A stretch of DNA of 64,000 bases, taken from assembly GCA_035626395.1 (NCBI GenBank), contig DASPNR010000042.1:348484-412483 (forward strand), read 5' to 3'. The position numbers and the translations under genes were made by a program. The notes beneath the pieces are model-generated. The model did not search any database and had not been told where the DNA came from. It saw nothing but the letters and a program-made list of their open reading frames with translations. Shown one piece after another: positions 9,276 through 18,080 of the stretch (position 1 is the stretch's first letter; every line of letters starts with the position of its first letter). This DNA comes from Candidatus Limnocylindrales bacterium. Its GTDB lineage: Bacteria > Desulfobacterota > Binatia > UBA1149 > CAITLU01.

Positions 9276-9326
9276 GCGGGCCCGGCATCTTCTCGACGGT
9301 GTTCCGCGAGAAGGTGCCGGGCCCGC
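9276..9326. terminator. Bidirectional hairpin between convergent genes: 20-bp arms (GCGGGCCCGGCATCTTCTCG / CGAGAAGGTGCCGGGCCCGC, 1 mismatch) with an 11-nt loop
   Basis: Inverted repeat read directly from the sequence, located in the 66-bp gap between the iron-permease and EEP gene ends. Confidence 0.5.
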
Positions 9327-9333
9327 CAGCGGT

Positions 9334-10533
9334 TCAGCAGGCCGAGCAGTTGAGCTCGACGTTCTGGCCAACCGCCGCCTTCAGCGTCACGAGCGCATCG
9401 CTGGCGGTCACGCTGCCATTGCCGTTGGCGTCGCAGACACACAACTGGCAACTGAGCGCGCCAACGGCGGTGCGCAGGATGAAGAGGGCGTCGCTGGCGG
9501 TGACGCTGCCGCTCGGAGGAGCCGGATCGCCGCAGCTGCCGGCCGGGCCTTCGGTGGTGGTCGTGGTCGAGGACGTCGTGGTCGAGGACGTCGTGGACGT
9601 GCCGATCAGCAGCGTCACGTCGAACTCGGCGTAGACCGGCTTGTGATCGGACAGGTCGTCGCCTTCGGCGTCGTCGAAGAGGTCGTCGGGCACGTCGTAG
9701 GCCACAGCCTCCAGCATCACCTCGTCGCTGCTGCGGTACATGATCTTGTCGATGCGCTCGCACTCGGCGCCCGCCTCGTCGGCTGCGCACCCGCCCATGA
9801 TGTCGGTGCCGGGGCCGGGCACGACGCCGCCGCGCTTGAGCTCGACCCAGACGTCGGTCAGGCCGGCCTGCGTGATCAGCGTTTCGACGTTGTCGTTGCC
9901 CGAGCGCGTAAACAGGCTGTTGGTGTCGCCCATCAGGATGATGGCGTCACCTGCCAGGTTCGTGTTGATGTAGTTGACGAGCTGCGTGATGTTCGCGCGC
10001 CGTGCCGTGCGGCTGCCCGTGTCCTGTCCGGCGTCCGCGTGCAGATTGATGACCTTGACGAAACCGCCCGGCACCAGCTCGACCGTCGCCACCGAGAAGC
10101 CCTTGTTGGTGTCGCAGTCGCTGCCGGCCTGGCCGAAGCTGCCGAAGCAGTTCGCCCACTGCACCTGCGTGTAGTCGGTGAACGCATAGTCCGACATCAT
10201 GTCGAGACCGTCGCCGATGTTGTTGGGGCCGCCGTTGTCCTTCGCGGTCTCCTGATCGTAGGCGGCGCCGCCCATGATCGTGTTGTAGTAGGGGACGTAG
10301 AACAGCTCCTGCAGGAGGACGAGCGAATCGGTGCCGGCGTATTCCCCGCCGGCGGTGTGGAAGTCTTCGAGCTTGGGCGCGATGGCCGCGATCTCGGCCG
10401 TGCGGTCTTCGATGACCTGCGGCGGCAGGCCGCGAACGTTGTAGGTCAGGACGGGAACGATTTCGGCGCTCGCTTGCGCCGCCAGTGAGCATCCAAGGGC
10501 CGTAGCGGCCACGACGAGGTACGCTTGTTTCAT
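9334..10533 (-). CDS. Secreted endonuclease/exonuclease/phosphatase (EEP) family hydrolase with Ser/Thr linker and two C-terminal dockerin-like Ca-binding repeats
   Basis: Signal peptide MKQAYLVVAATALGCSLAAQASA; GGAG RBS. An EEP-like catalytic region runs from LTYNVRGLP through INLHADAG, GDTNS and DHKPV. The tail carries TSTTSSTTTSSTTTTT followed by two DANGNGSVTASDAL repeats flanked by Cys pairs. Confidence 0.6.
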   Translation of the reverse strand: MKQAYLVVAATALGCSLAAQASAEIVPVLTYNVRGLPPQVIEDRTAEIAAIAPKLEDFHTAGGEYAGTDSLVLLQELFYVPYYNTIMGGAAYDQETAKDNGGPNNIGDGLDMMSDYAFTDYTQVQWANCFGSFGQAGSDCDTNKGFSVATVELVPGGFVKVINLHADAGQDTGSRTARRANITQLVNYINTNLAGDAIILMGDTNSLFTRSGNDNVETLITQAGLTDVWVELKRGGVVPGPGTDIMGGCAADEAGAECERIDKIMYRSSDEVMLEAVAYDVPDDLFDDAEGDDLSDHKPVYAEFDVTLLIGTSTTSSTTTSSTTTTTEGPAGSCGDPAPPSGSVTASDALFILRTAVGALSCQLCVCDANGNGSVTASDALVTLKAAVGQNVELNCSAC

Positions 10534-10590
10534 CTTTCTCCCCGGAATTCTTAGCCGGATATCGTCAAGGGAATCGGGAGGATCATCGGA

Positions 10591-10638
10591 GTCAGCCGAG
10601 AATCCGCCGGCTCAGTCAGCCGAGAATCGTCGGCTCCG
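10591..10638. promoter_or_regulatory. Two tandem 24-bp repeats (GTCAGCCGAGAATC-n-GGCTC) in the EEP gene upstream region; candidate regulator binding sites
   Basis: Direct repeat gtcagccgagaatccgccggctca / gtcagccgagaatcgtcggctccg is visible 60-100 bp upstream of the EEP start, within a locally lower-GC intergenic segment. Confidence 0.35.
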
Positions 10639-10826
10639 CACATTGCCGCACCCCGATGGTCCAGGTTCGTGGAGGGAGAATAAAGCCGCGAGTCCTCGAA
10701 AATCAAGGCAGCTTACGAATCTGGCGATGAGCTGAAGCATAACTTGCGCCAGTAAGGGCGGTCCGACGCGGCTGCGCCGAGAAGCCGGCGTATCTTCCAT
10801 CGTTCTGGCGCGCAGGGCCGGCCCCT

Positions 10827-12377
10827 TCAGGGCACTCCGCCCGCCAGGCCCCATCGGAGGTTGTCGATGAGCACTACGCTGTCGCCGCTGCCGTCCGTCA
10901 CGTCGAAGACCATCAGGTCGAGTGTGATCTCTTCACCAGGCACGACCGGCGCCGTTGCTGTCGTCCAGATCGTGCCCGCCCCGAGCACGTCATCCATTCC
11001 CGTGCCGGCCAGCTCCGCGGTGCCTCCGGCGCAGGAGACGCACGGCTTGGAATTGGCGCACAGGTCAAAGCGAGTGTTGTTGAGGCTGACTGGATTGCCG
11101 CCGTGCAGGGCGATGTTGCCGTCGGCCGGCAGACCGGCGGCTTCGGACGTCAGCAGCGCCAGGAAGAAATCGTTGTAGGCGGTGCAGTAGTACGTCTGGT
11201 AATCCGCATTGAAGAATCGGAAATCGAAGCTGACGGACACCGCATTGGTGGGCACGCGGATGCGAAGTCTCGTATCGATCGGGTCGCGAGAGTTATTGCC
11301 GGTCGCGCACGTCTCCTCGCAGCCCTGCGACGGCAGCGTCCCGCCATGCGCTGTCAGATAGGCGGCGGGCGGCGTGGACGTCACCGAAAAGTCGGTTCCG
11401 CTGGCGGGGACGACGTATCCGGGATCGTTCTCGTCCCTCATGCGGCCGCTCGACAGCCCGGCCATCGTCACGTTGGCTGTTGGAACGATGGCGGTGCCGT
11501 ACCCCGTCAGCGCTGCCGCCTGGTAGTTCTGCATGTTCGCGAGCTGGGAGCTGGTCGGCGCGCTGCCGTCGGACAACAGGAAAGACGCCGAGAGAAGGCC
11601 CCACTTCCGCTGCGCCAGCGCAGCGTTGGGCGTCGTGGTCTGACACAGATCCATGGCAGCGGCGATGTCGTTTGCCGTCACACCAGTGACGTCCTGTCCG
11701 AAGCTGCACGCCGCAGCCGGCGTGTCGTCCGATGTCGACGCGTCGCAGTCGTCGTCCATGCCATTTCCCACCATCTCGAATGCGCCCGGATTGACGAACT
11801 CGGGGTTCGGCGTGCACGCGGCGGTCTCGCAGCAATCTCCGTCGTTGGCGCTCCAGCCGTCGCCATCGTGATCGACTTCCGGCTCCAGAATGGTGGTGGT
11901 CGTCACCAGTGTGGTCGTGGTCGTGGTCGTGACGATGCCCTGCACGGCGGGCACGCACAGCCGCGCAACCGACTTCAGTCTGGTGGCGCGAAAGCCGAAC
12001 TGGTCTGTGAACGCGACCGGCGCCACGTCGATGTCGGGACACTTCACCTTGTAGCAAAGATAGTCGTTGGACTGCAGATCCTGCGCAGGCGGCTGTCGCG
12101 GGGGCACGGGCGCGGTTCCCGGATCGATGAGGGCTTTTGCCGCAGGCACGCACACCTGCACCGTCTTTCCCTTGACCTCACACGATGATGGAAGCTGGAA
12201 CGCCGCCGCCATCGTCGTCAGGTGAACGACGGCGGCCCTGAAGCTCTGCGTGTCGGCGGCCTTGAAGCATTGCAGATGGTCGAACGTCGGTGCAGCCACG
12301 CCGGCGAAAGGCGATGCGAGCGCCAGGAACGGAAACGACAGGGTGAGAACGCGAACGGAAACGGACCTGGAACGCAT
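10827..12377 (-). CDS. Secreted protein with poly-Thr linker and MopE-like putative metal-binding Asp/Cys motifs; C-terminal domain of unknown function
   Basis: Signal peptide MRSRSVSVRVLTLSFPFLALASPFAGVAA. Contains TTTTTTLVTTTT, then DHDGDGWSANDGDCCE ... GNGMDDDCD motifs. The ORF-track start 12506 lies upstream of the signal peptide, so M44 is used. Confidence 0.55.
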   Translation of the reverse strand: MRSRSVSVRVLTLSFPFLALASPFAGVAAPTFDHLQCFKAADTQSFRAAVVHLTTMAAAFQLPSSCEVKGKTVQVCVPAAKALIDPGTAPVPPRQPPAQDLQSNDYLCYKVKCPDIDVAPVAFTDQFGFRATRLKSVARLCVPAVQGIVTTTTTTTLVTTTTILEPEVDHDGDGWSANDGDCCETAACTPNPEFVNPGAFEMVGNGMDDDCDASTSDDTPAAACSFGQDVTGVTANDIAAAMDLCQTTTPNAALAQRKWGLLSASFLLSDGSAPTSSQLANMQNYQAAALTGYGTAIVPTANVTMAGLSSGRMRDENDPGYVVPASGTDFSVTSTPPAAYLTAHGGTLPSQGCEETCATGNNSRDPIDTRLRIRVPTNAVSVSFDFRFFNADYQTYYCTAYNDFFLALLTSEAAGLPADGNIALHGGNPVSLNNTRFDLCANSKPCVSCAGGTAELAGTGMDDVLGAGTIWTTATAPVVPGEEITLDLMVFDVTDGSGDSVVLIDNLRWGLAGGVP

Positions 12378-12514
12378 GGCTGCCTCCAAACCGCGGCCCG
12401 ACTGGCACGGGCTGCCTCCGGCGACCTTTTCTCGGACGGATGGACGCAATGACGGGCAGGCGCCGTGCCAGGCGCGCTTGCTACGGCCGGCTTCGCAGGC
12501 TGACATGGGCGCCG

Positions 12515-13030
12515 ATGAGCTACAGCATAGGCTTTGCGAGCGCCGAGGATCTGCCGCAGCTGCCGCCGATCGAGGAGCGTGCCGCCGCGATGTTCGACCG
12601 CATCGAGGCGCTGAGAAGCGTGCCTTTGATCAACTCGGATCCCACGGCGTTCGAGCATGCGCATGCCGCCGGTCTGCTGTGGGTGGCTCGCGACGCCGCG
12701 GGCGCTCCGGTCGGCTTCGCACTGTGCGAACGGCTCGGCTCCGACATTCATCTCGAGGAGCTCGACGTCGACCCCGTTCACGGATGCCGCGGCATCGGCC
12801 GCGCCCTCGTGCTCACCGTCTGCAACCACGCTGCCGGCCTCGGCCATGATGTGACCCTGACAACCTTCCGCGATGTTCCGTGGAACCAGCCTTTCTACGA
12901 ACGCCTCGGCTTCCGGGAGATCCCGCGCGACGAGATCACGCCCGAGCTGGCCCAGCGGGTCGCCGACGAAACATCGCGAGGGCTTCCGCGCCATCTACGC
13001 ATCCTCATGCGCCGCCGCCGAACGTCCTAG
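12515..13030 (+). CDS. GNAT family N-acetyltransferase
   Basis: LEELDVDPVHGCRGIGRALVLTVCNHAAGLGHDVTLTT matches the acetyl-CoA binding motif A (Q/RxxGxG/A). The internal Met MSYSIGF is the likely start. Confidence 0.65.
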   Translation: MSYSIGFASAEDLPQLPPIEERAAAMFDRIEALRSVPLINSDPTAFEHAHAAGLLWVARDAAGAPVGFALCERLGSDIHLEELDVDPVHGCRGIGRALVLTVCNHAAGLGHDVTLTTFRDVPWNQPFYERLGFREIPRDEITPELAQRVADETSRGLPRHLRILMRRRRTS

Positions 13031-13189
13031 CCGGACCGAGCGCGACGTCGCAGAGTAGGCCAGAGGCAAGGCGGCGGCGCGTAGAGCGAGCGCAGGCGCG
13101 CTGGAGGCCCGCCGGAGCGAGCGATCGTGCCGCCAACGCCGCAGATGGCGCGCCATGCGACGTGGCCGGCCGCGCCCCCGCAACACGCA

Positions 13190-16100
13190 TCACTCATCCG
13201 ACGGCGGGATGCAGTTGAGCTTCAGCAGATCCGAATCCTTGCTGCCGCCTGCACTGGTGGCCGCCGCCTTGAACGTCATGCGCGTGGCGCGGTCGGCCAG
13301 CGGGCCGCTGAGAGGCACGACGATCTGCGTCGTCTCCGTGCACATGTCCTCGGTCAGCAGCGGCGTCGCGAACGTGACGATGTTCTGGCGCGAGCCGCCC
13401 ACGGTGCCGCCGCCGAGCGCCGCCACCGCATCGCGCAGCGCCAGCGCGGCGTCGGCTTCGTGCGGCCGCGCGCTGATGGGCAGCGGCTTCTTGAGCTCCC
13501 ACGTTGCGGTGTCGCTCGGATCGCAGAGCTGAACGCCGGCCGCATCGCTCAGGCGCGCGTCGTCGACGTTCAGGCACACCGCGACCTGGAACGTGCAGGC
13601 GCCATCGGCAAGGCCGTCGCCGTCGCAGCTCGGATCGCCGTCGGTGCACGTCTGCTCGAGGTTGAGGAAGCCGCGCTTGTCGCTCTCGGGCTCGTTGAAG
13701 GGATTGACCACCGACCACTCGGACTGGCAGTCCGTGGCCAGGCTTCCGCGTCCGGGGATGAGCGCGCCTTCGAGGCGCCCGAAGTAGAACTCGGAGAAGT
13801 AGCACGTCTGGAACGGCCATTTGTTGGCCGTGCGGTTGCAGCAGTTGGCCACGCTCGAGCGCCCCGTGCCGGGCGTATCGGCGCAGTTGCCGGGCGCGGC
13901 CGCAGCGCTGCAGAACGCCGTGTTCTGCTGGTGCACGTCGCCGCACTCGTCGAGCGGGGCCGGGTGGAAGCCCTCGTGGTCGAACAGCTCACCGTCGCGG
14001 CGCAGGCGCAGGTTGTCCTCCTGCGTCGCGCCGCCGCCGACGCAGTTGCCGCAGGCGCAGTCGCCGTTGGCGTCGCAGCTGGGCTCGCCCACTTCGGTGC
14101 ACGCGCCGTTGTCGATGCACACGCCCTTGTCGACGACGTTGTCGTTGTCGCGATCGTCCCAGCACAGCTCGATCGTGATCGGCGCGGCGAAGGTCTGATC
14201 GTCGGGCAGCATGATGATCTTCATGACCGAGGTCGTGCCGCCCTTGAGCTTGATCGGGTCGCTGAAGGGCTGGCCGGTGGCAGGGTTGATCGGATCGTCC
14301 TCGCCCACCGAGACGCTGATGCTGGTGTCGGTCGCCAGCGCGCCGGCCGGCACCGAGATGGTGATGCAGTTGCCGAGCGTGAAGCTGCCGCCATTGGGGC
14401 CGATGGACTGGCCGCCCGAGATGTCCTGGTCGCAGCGCTCGTTGATCGCGTTGGCCGGGCATGGATCGCACACGTCGCCGCCGTCGCAGCAGCCCTTGCG
14501 ACCGTCGGGCACCAGCGAGGGGTCGTCGCAGCCGCCGAGCGCGAAGAAGTCGGGGTCGGGGCAGTCGGTGTTGAGCTGATCGGGGTTGAACTCGGTCGGA
14601 CACGTGTCAGCGGCCAGGCAGTGGCCGTCGCCGTCGGGGTCGGTGTCCACGCACTGCTGCGTGGCGGTGTTGCAGACGAAGCAGATGTCCTGCGCCGGGC
14701 ACGGATCGCCGGGGCTGACGCAGGCGCCGCTGCCGTTGCACTGCTCGACGCCGGTGCAGAACTGGCCGTCGCTCGTGCAGGCCGTGCCTGCCGGGCGGTT
14801 GCAGGTGTCCTGCGACTCGTTGCACAGGTTGGCGCAGAACGCGCCGCCCGTGCACGGATTGCCGGGGCTGATGCAGCTGCCGGCGCCGTTGCACTGCTCG
14901 ACGCCGTCGCAGAACACGTTGTTGCTCGCGCAAGGCGTGCCGGAGCCCGCAAAGCCGTTGGCCGGGCACGTGGTGCTCGCGCCCGAGCAGGTCTCGGCGA
15001 CGTCACACGCGTTGGCGGCTGCGCGGCAGACCGTACCGGCGTTGCCGGCAGGATGCGCGCACGTGCCGGCGCCGTCGCACTGGTCGAGAGTGCACGGATT
15101 GCTGTCGGCGGCGCACGCGGTCCCCGAAGGCTGGAAGCCATTGGCCGGACATGCGCCCGAAGTTCCGTTGCACACTTCGGCCACGTCGCACGAAGACGCG
15201 GCCGCGCGGCACACGGTGTTGGCGGGACGCAGCGGGTGCGTGCAGGTGCCGGCGCCATCGCACTGGTCGGCGGTGCAGGCCTGGCCGTCGTCGGTGCACG
15301 CGGTCCCCGAGGATGCGAACGTATTGGCCGGGCACGTGACCGAAGAGCCGGTGCAGTTCTCGGCGGGATCGCAGGTGCCGTTGCCGGCGCGGCAGACGGT
15401 GCTCGATGGCGCCAGTGCATCGGCAGGGCACGCGGCCGACGTACCGCTGCAGGTCTCGGCAACGTCGCAGACGCCGGCCGCGCCGCGGCACGTCGTCGCC
15501 GCTGGCTGGAACCTGCACGTGGAGGTGTTGCAGCAGGCGCCGGTCTCGCAGTCCTCGCCTGGCTCGACCGTGCCGTTTCCGCACTGGGCCATCAGATAGC
15601 GGGCGACGGCGAATCGGTCGGTGCCCGAGGCGATGGAGCCGCCGGCGACGACGAGCTTGAGATCGGCCGGCTGCAGCGCGGCCGAGAAGATGCGGTCGTC
15701 GGCGCTGGAGCCGAAGTCGGTGGTCACCTTGCCGTCGCCCGAGAAGGTCGTGTCCAGCGCGCCCGTGGTGCCGTAACGGGCGACGGCGAAGTTCTGGTTG
15801 CCGGCGTTGTCGACGAGGCCGCCGGCGACGATCAGGACGTTGCTGGCGTCGATGCTGTGCACGCGCACGGCGTTGGCCTCCGAGTTGGCGCCGAAGTCGG
15901 TGACGACGCGGCCGCTGGTGCCGAACGTGTTGTCGGTGATGCCGAAGGAGGTGGTGCGGGCGAGGAAGAAGTCGGTGTTGCCGCCGGAGTCGGTGGTGGT
16001 GCCGGCGATGGTCACCTTGGTGGAGGGACCGAACGACATCGCATGCGCGCGTGCCTCGGTCAGGCCGAAACGATCGACCTTGACGCCGTCGCCGAACGCC

Positions 16101-16888
16101 GAGCTGTCGAGGCTGCCGTTGGAGGTCAGGAACAGCATGATCACGGCGTCGCCCGTGACCGAGCTGATGTCGCAGATGCCGAAGCCGACCGCGACGATGC
16201 GGCCGGTGCCGTCGCTCTGCACGCCCACGCCGCGGATCTCGGGAGCATCGCAGTTCAGGAAGCTGTGGGTCATCGTGCCGTCACTGTCGAAGGTGGTGTC
16301 GATGCTGCCGTTGGCGGTAAAGCGCGCCACGCGCACGGTGCTCGGACCGACCAGTCCGGCCACGACGTACTTGCCGTCGGGCTGGACAGCCAGTGCCTGC
16401 GCGAATCCGTCGAAGTCCGTCGGCGAGATGGCGCCGGCGCCGCCGGGGCCGAAGGTCGTGTCCAGGTTGCCGCTGTTGGTCAGACGGCCCAGCAGAAAGT
16501 CGGTGCCGCAGCGGCCGGCAAAGACGATTCGGTTGCTCGCATCGATCAGGATCGCGTTGATGCGCAGCGAGCTGCACCCTCCGATCACCGTCTGCAGGCC
16601 ATCGGTCGAGAAGGTCGTGTCGAGCGTGCCGTCGGCGTTGAAGCGCGCGATGGCGCCGGTGCCCGGGCTCGTCAGCTTCTCGCCGGCAACCACGATCTTG
16701 CCGTTGCCGTCGACCGCCACGGCGTAGGCGGTCTGATTGCCGGTGCCGGAGAAGGTCTGGGTCGTGATGCCGTCGGTGCTGAAGGTCGTATCGAGATCGC
16801 CGGGAGCGGCGTACGCGCCCGTCGGGGGCGCAAACAGGGAGACAATGAGCGAACACACGAGCAGAACGCGGACGAAGCAACGCTGCAT
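13190..16888 (-). CDS. Giant secreted repeat protein (1233 aa): N-terminal delta-60 repeat beta-propeller region, central Myxococcus-type cysteine-rich repeats, thrombospondin-3-like Asp-rich repeats, C-terminal domain
   Basis: Start ATG 16888 with GGAGGG RBS and signal peptide MQRCFVRVLLVCSLIVSLFAPPTGAYA. Repeated LDTTF(S/G)xDG...A.AVA...DGKIVVAG units (delta-60 repeat). Repeated C..G.C..(A/T)C.....C units. DTDPDGDGHC motifs. Confidence 0.75.
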   Translation of the reverse strand: MQRCFVRVLLVCSLIVSLFAPPTGAYAAPGDLDTTFSTDGITTQTFSGTGNQTAYAVAVDGNGKIVVAGEKLTSPGTGAIARFNADGTLDTTFSTDGLQTVIGGCSSLRINAILIDASNRIVFAGRCGTDFLLGRLTNSGNLDTTFGPGGAGAISPTDFDGFAQALAVQPDGKYVVAGLVGPSTVRVARFTANGSIDTTFDSDGTMTHSFLNCDAPEIRGVGVQSDGTGRIVAVGFGICDISSVTGDAVIMLFLTSNGSLDSSAFGDGVKVDRFGLTEARAHAMSFGPSTKVTIAGTTTDSGGNTDFFLARTTSFGITDNTFGTSGRVVTDFGANSEANAVRVHSIDASNVLIVAGGLVDNAGNQNFAVARYGTTGALDTTFSGDGKVTTDFGSSADDRIFSAALQPADLKLVVAGGSIASGTDRFAVARYLMAQCGNGTVEPGEDCETGACCNTSTCRFQPAATTCRGAAGVCDVAETCSGTSAACPADALAPSSTVCRAGNGTCDPAENCTGSSVTCPANTFASSGTACTDDGQACTADQCDGAGTCTHPLRPANTVCRAAASSCDVAEVCNGTSGACPANGFQPSGTACAADSNPCTLDQCDGAGTCAHPAGNAGTVCRAAANACDVAETCSGASTTCPANGFAGSGTPCASNNVFCDGVEQCNGAGSCISPGNPCTGGAFCANLCNESQDTCNRPAGTACTSDGQFCTGVEQCNGSGACVSPGDPCPAQDICFVCNTATQQCVDTDPDGDGHCLAADTCPTEFNPDQLNTDCPDPDFFALGGCDDPSLVPDGRKGCCDGGDVCDPCPANAINERCDQDISGGQSIGPNGGSFTLGNCITISVPAGALATDTSISVSVGEDDPINPATGQPFSDPIKLKGGTTSVMKIIMLPDDQTFAAPITIELCWDDRDNDNVVDKGVCIDNGACTEVGEPSCDANGDCACGNCVGGGATQEDNLRLRRDGELFDHEGFHPAPLDECGDVHQQNTAFCSAAAAPGNCADTPGTGRSSVANCCNRTANKWPFQTCYFSEFYFGRLEGALIPGRGSLATDCQSEWSVVNPFNEPESDKRGFLNLEQTCTDGDPSCDGDGLADGACTFQVAVCLNVDDARLSDAAGVQLCDPSDTATWELKKPLPISARPHEADAALALRDAVAALGGGTVGGSRQNIVTFATPLLTEDMCTETTQIVVPLSGPLADRATRMTFKAAATSAGGSKDSDLLKLNCIPPSDE

Positions 16889-17627
16889 TCGAGCAACCCT
16901 CCAGACTTTCCGGCGCCGCTGCGGACGGCGCGTGAGCGACGCGCCGTTTGGCAACGGCGCGCGGCGAGCAAACGCCGCTGTGGACGGCGCGCGAGCGGCG
17001 CGTCGCTGCCGACGGCGCGCGACGCAAGAACCCCACCGCAAACTTAGCCGCGCACTCGAAGGCGAAGAAGAGGGTTTACAGGAAAGTCGGTAGCATGATG
17101 CGGGGATGGCGCGCGCTGCACGCATTCCTCGGCGCCGAACGCACCGGCGGACGACCAGTGAACTGCCAACGCCGAGGCGTCGGCGCGCGCGCACGGGCGA
17201 AAGAACGTGAAGCGGCAAGGCTGACGACCGTTAGGCGAAGGCGGGAGCTCGCGCAGCGGCGAAGGCGGCAAGAACAGCGAAGGCGGCGTCGGCGCAGGGA
17301 CCGACGCGGGAGGGAGTTCGTCGGTTGATCGCTGCGTCGGCGCCGCCACTGGCGCGAGCACGCGAAGCATCGCGCATGCATCGGGGATGTCCGGGTAAGG
17401 CAGGGAGGAGAGAAGCCGGCTCGCTCGAACGTCCCCGACATGGCGATCGTGGCATGCGAGGGGAGGGCCAGGAAGAGCGGCGGCGTGTGTTCGCCCCGCA
17501 TCGGCGTGGCAATGCGCCGTAGCATGCGGCGCAGCTACAAAGATCCTCGACAATCGGCCGGCAGGCGCGGATCATCGACCGAATTCGGGGCTGCCTCGCG
17601 CGCGCCGCGCGGGGAAGTGGGGGAACG

Positions 17628-17972
17628 GTGAGAGTTCGATCGATTGCAGCAGCGCTGGCGGCAGCCGCCGCGCTATCTCTGACCGCGCCGCAAACGGCGA
17701 GCGCGGATTCGAAGACCGAGCAGTTCCTGGCGCGCACCGCGCTGCTGGGAAGCCCTAGCCAGTGGGGCCTGGTCCAGCGGCTCTCGGGCGTACTTCAAAA
17801 GGATGACTTCATCGCTTACGCCGACCGCGGCTGGGCACGCAAGGTCAAGACGGGGGCCTATCTGCGCATCGGCCAGTCGTTCGACGAGGAGCGGCGCGCG
17901 GGCTTCTACATCGGCCTGGAGCAGGAAAGCGTACGGCTGATGTTCAAGGTCGATCTGGGCGTGCCCGAGTAG
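17628..17972 (+). CDS. Small secreted hypothetical protein (114 aa, signal peptide)
   Basis: GTG start with a purine-rich stretch upstream. MRVRSIAAALAAAAALSLTAPQTASA signal. Protein-like composition. No family recognised. Confidence 0.45.
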   Translation: MRVRSIAAALAAAAALSLTAPQTASADSKTEQFLARTALLGSPSQWGLVQRLSGVLQKDDFIAYADRGWARKVKTGAYLRIGQSFDEERRAGFYIGLEQESVRLMFKVDLGVPE

Positions 17973-18080
17973 GCGCGATCTCCAGGGCCGGCTCGCCCCG
18001 AAGCCGAATCACGAGCGCGCGTCGAGCGTGGCTGCGGGCGCCACGGTTCGAGCGGCCGGTCGGGCGGCGCCGCCGTTCGA

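Noticed and set aside
13127-17047. 1306-aa ORF on the plus strand
   Set aside because: Antisense to the delta-60 repeat giant, whose frame has a clear signal peptide, RBS and domain repeats. The composition is poly-Ala/Arg/Gly.
16889-17627. Several overlapping short ORFs (16948..17328+, 17044..17553-, 17231..17737-) in the 740-bp leader
   Set aside because: All are extremely Arg-rich with no hydrophobic core or motif. The region is treated as untranslated leader or promoter.
17973-18080. ggttcgagcgg segments resembling a tRNA T-arm
   Set aside because: No accompanying acceptor or anticodon stems. No cloverleaf could be drawn by eye.
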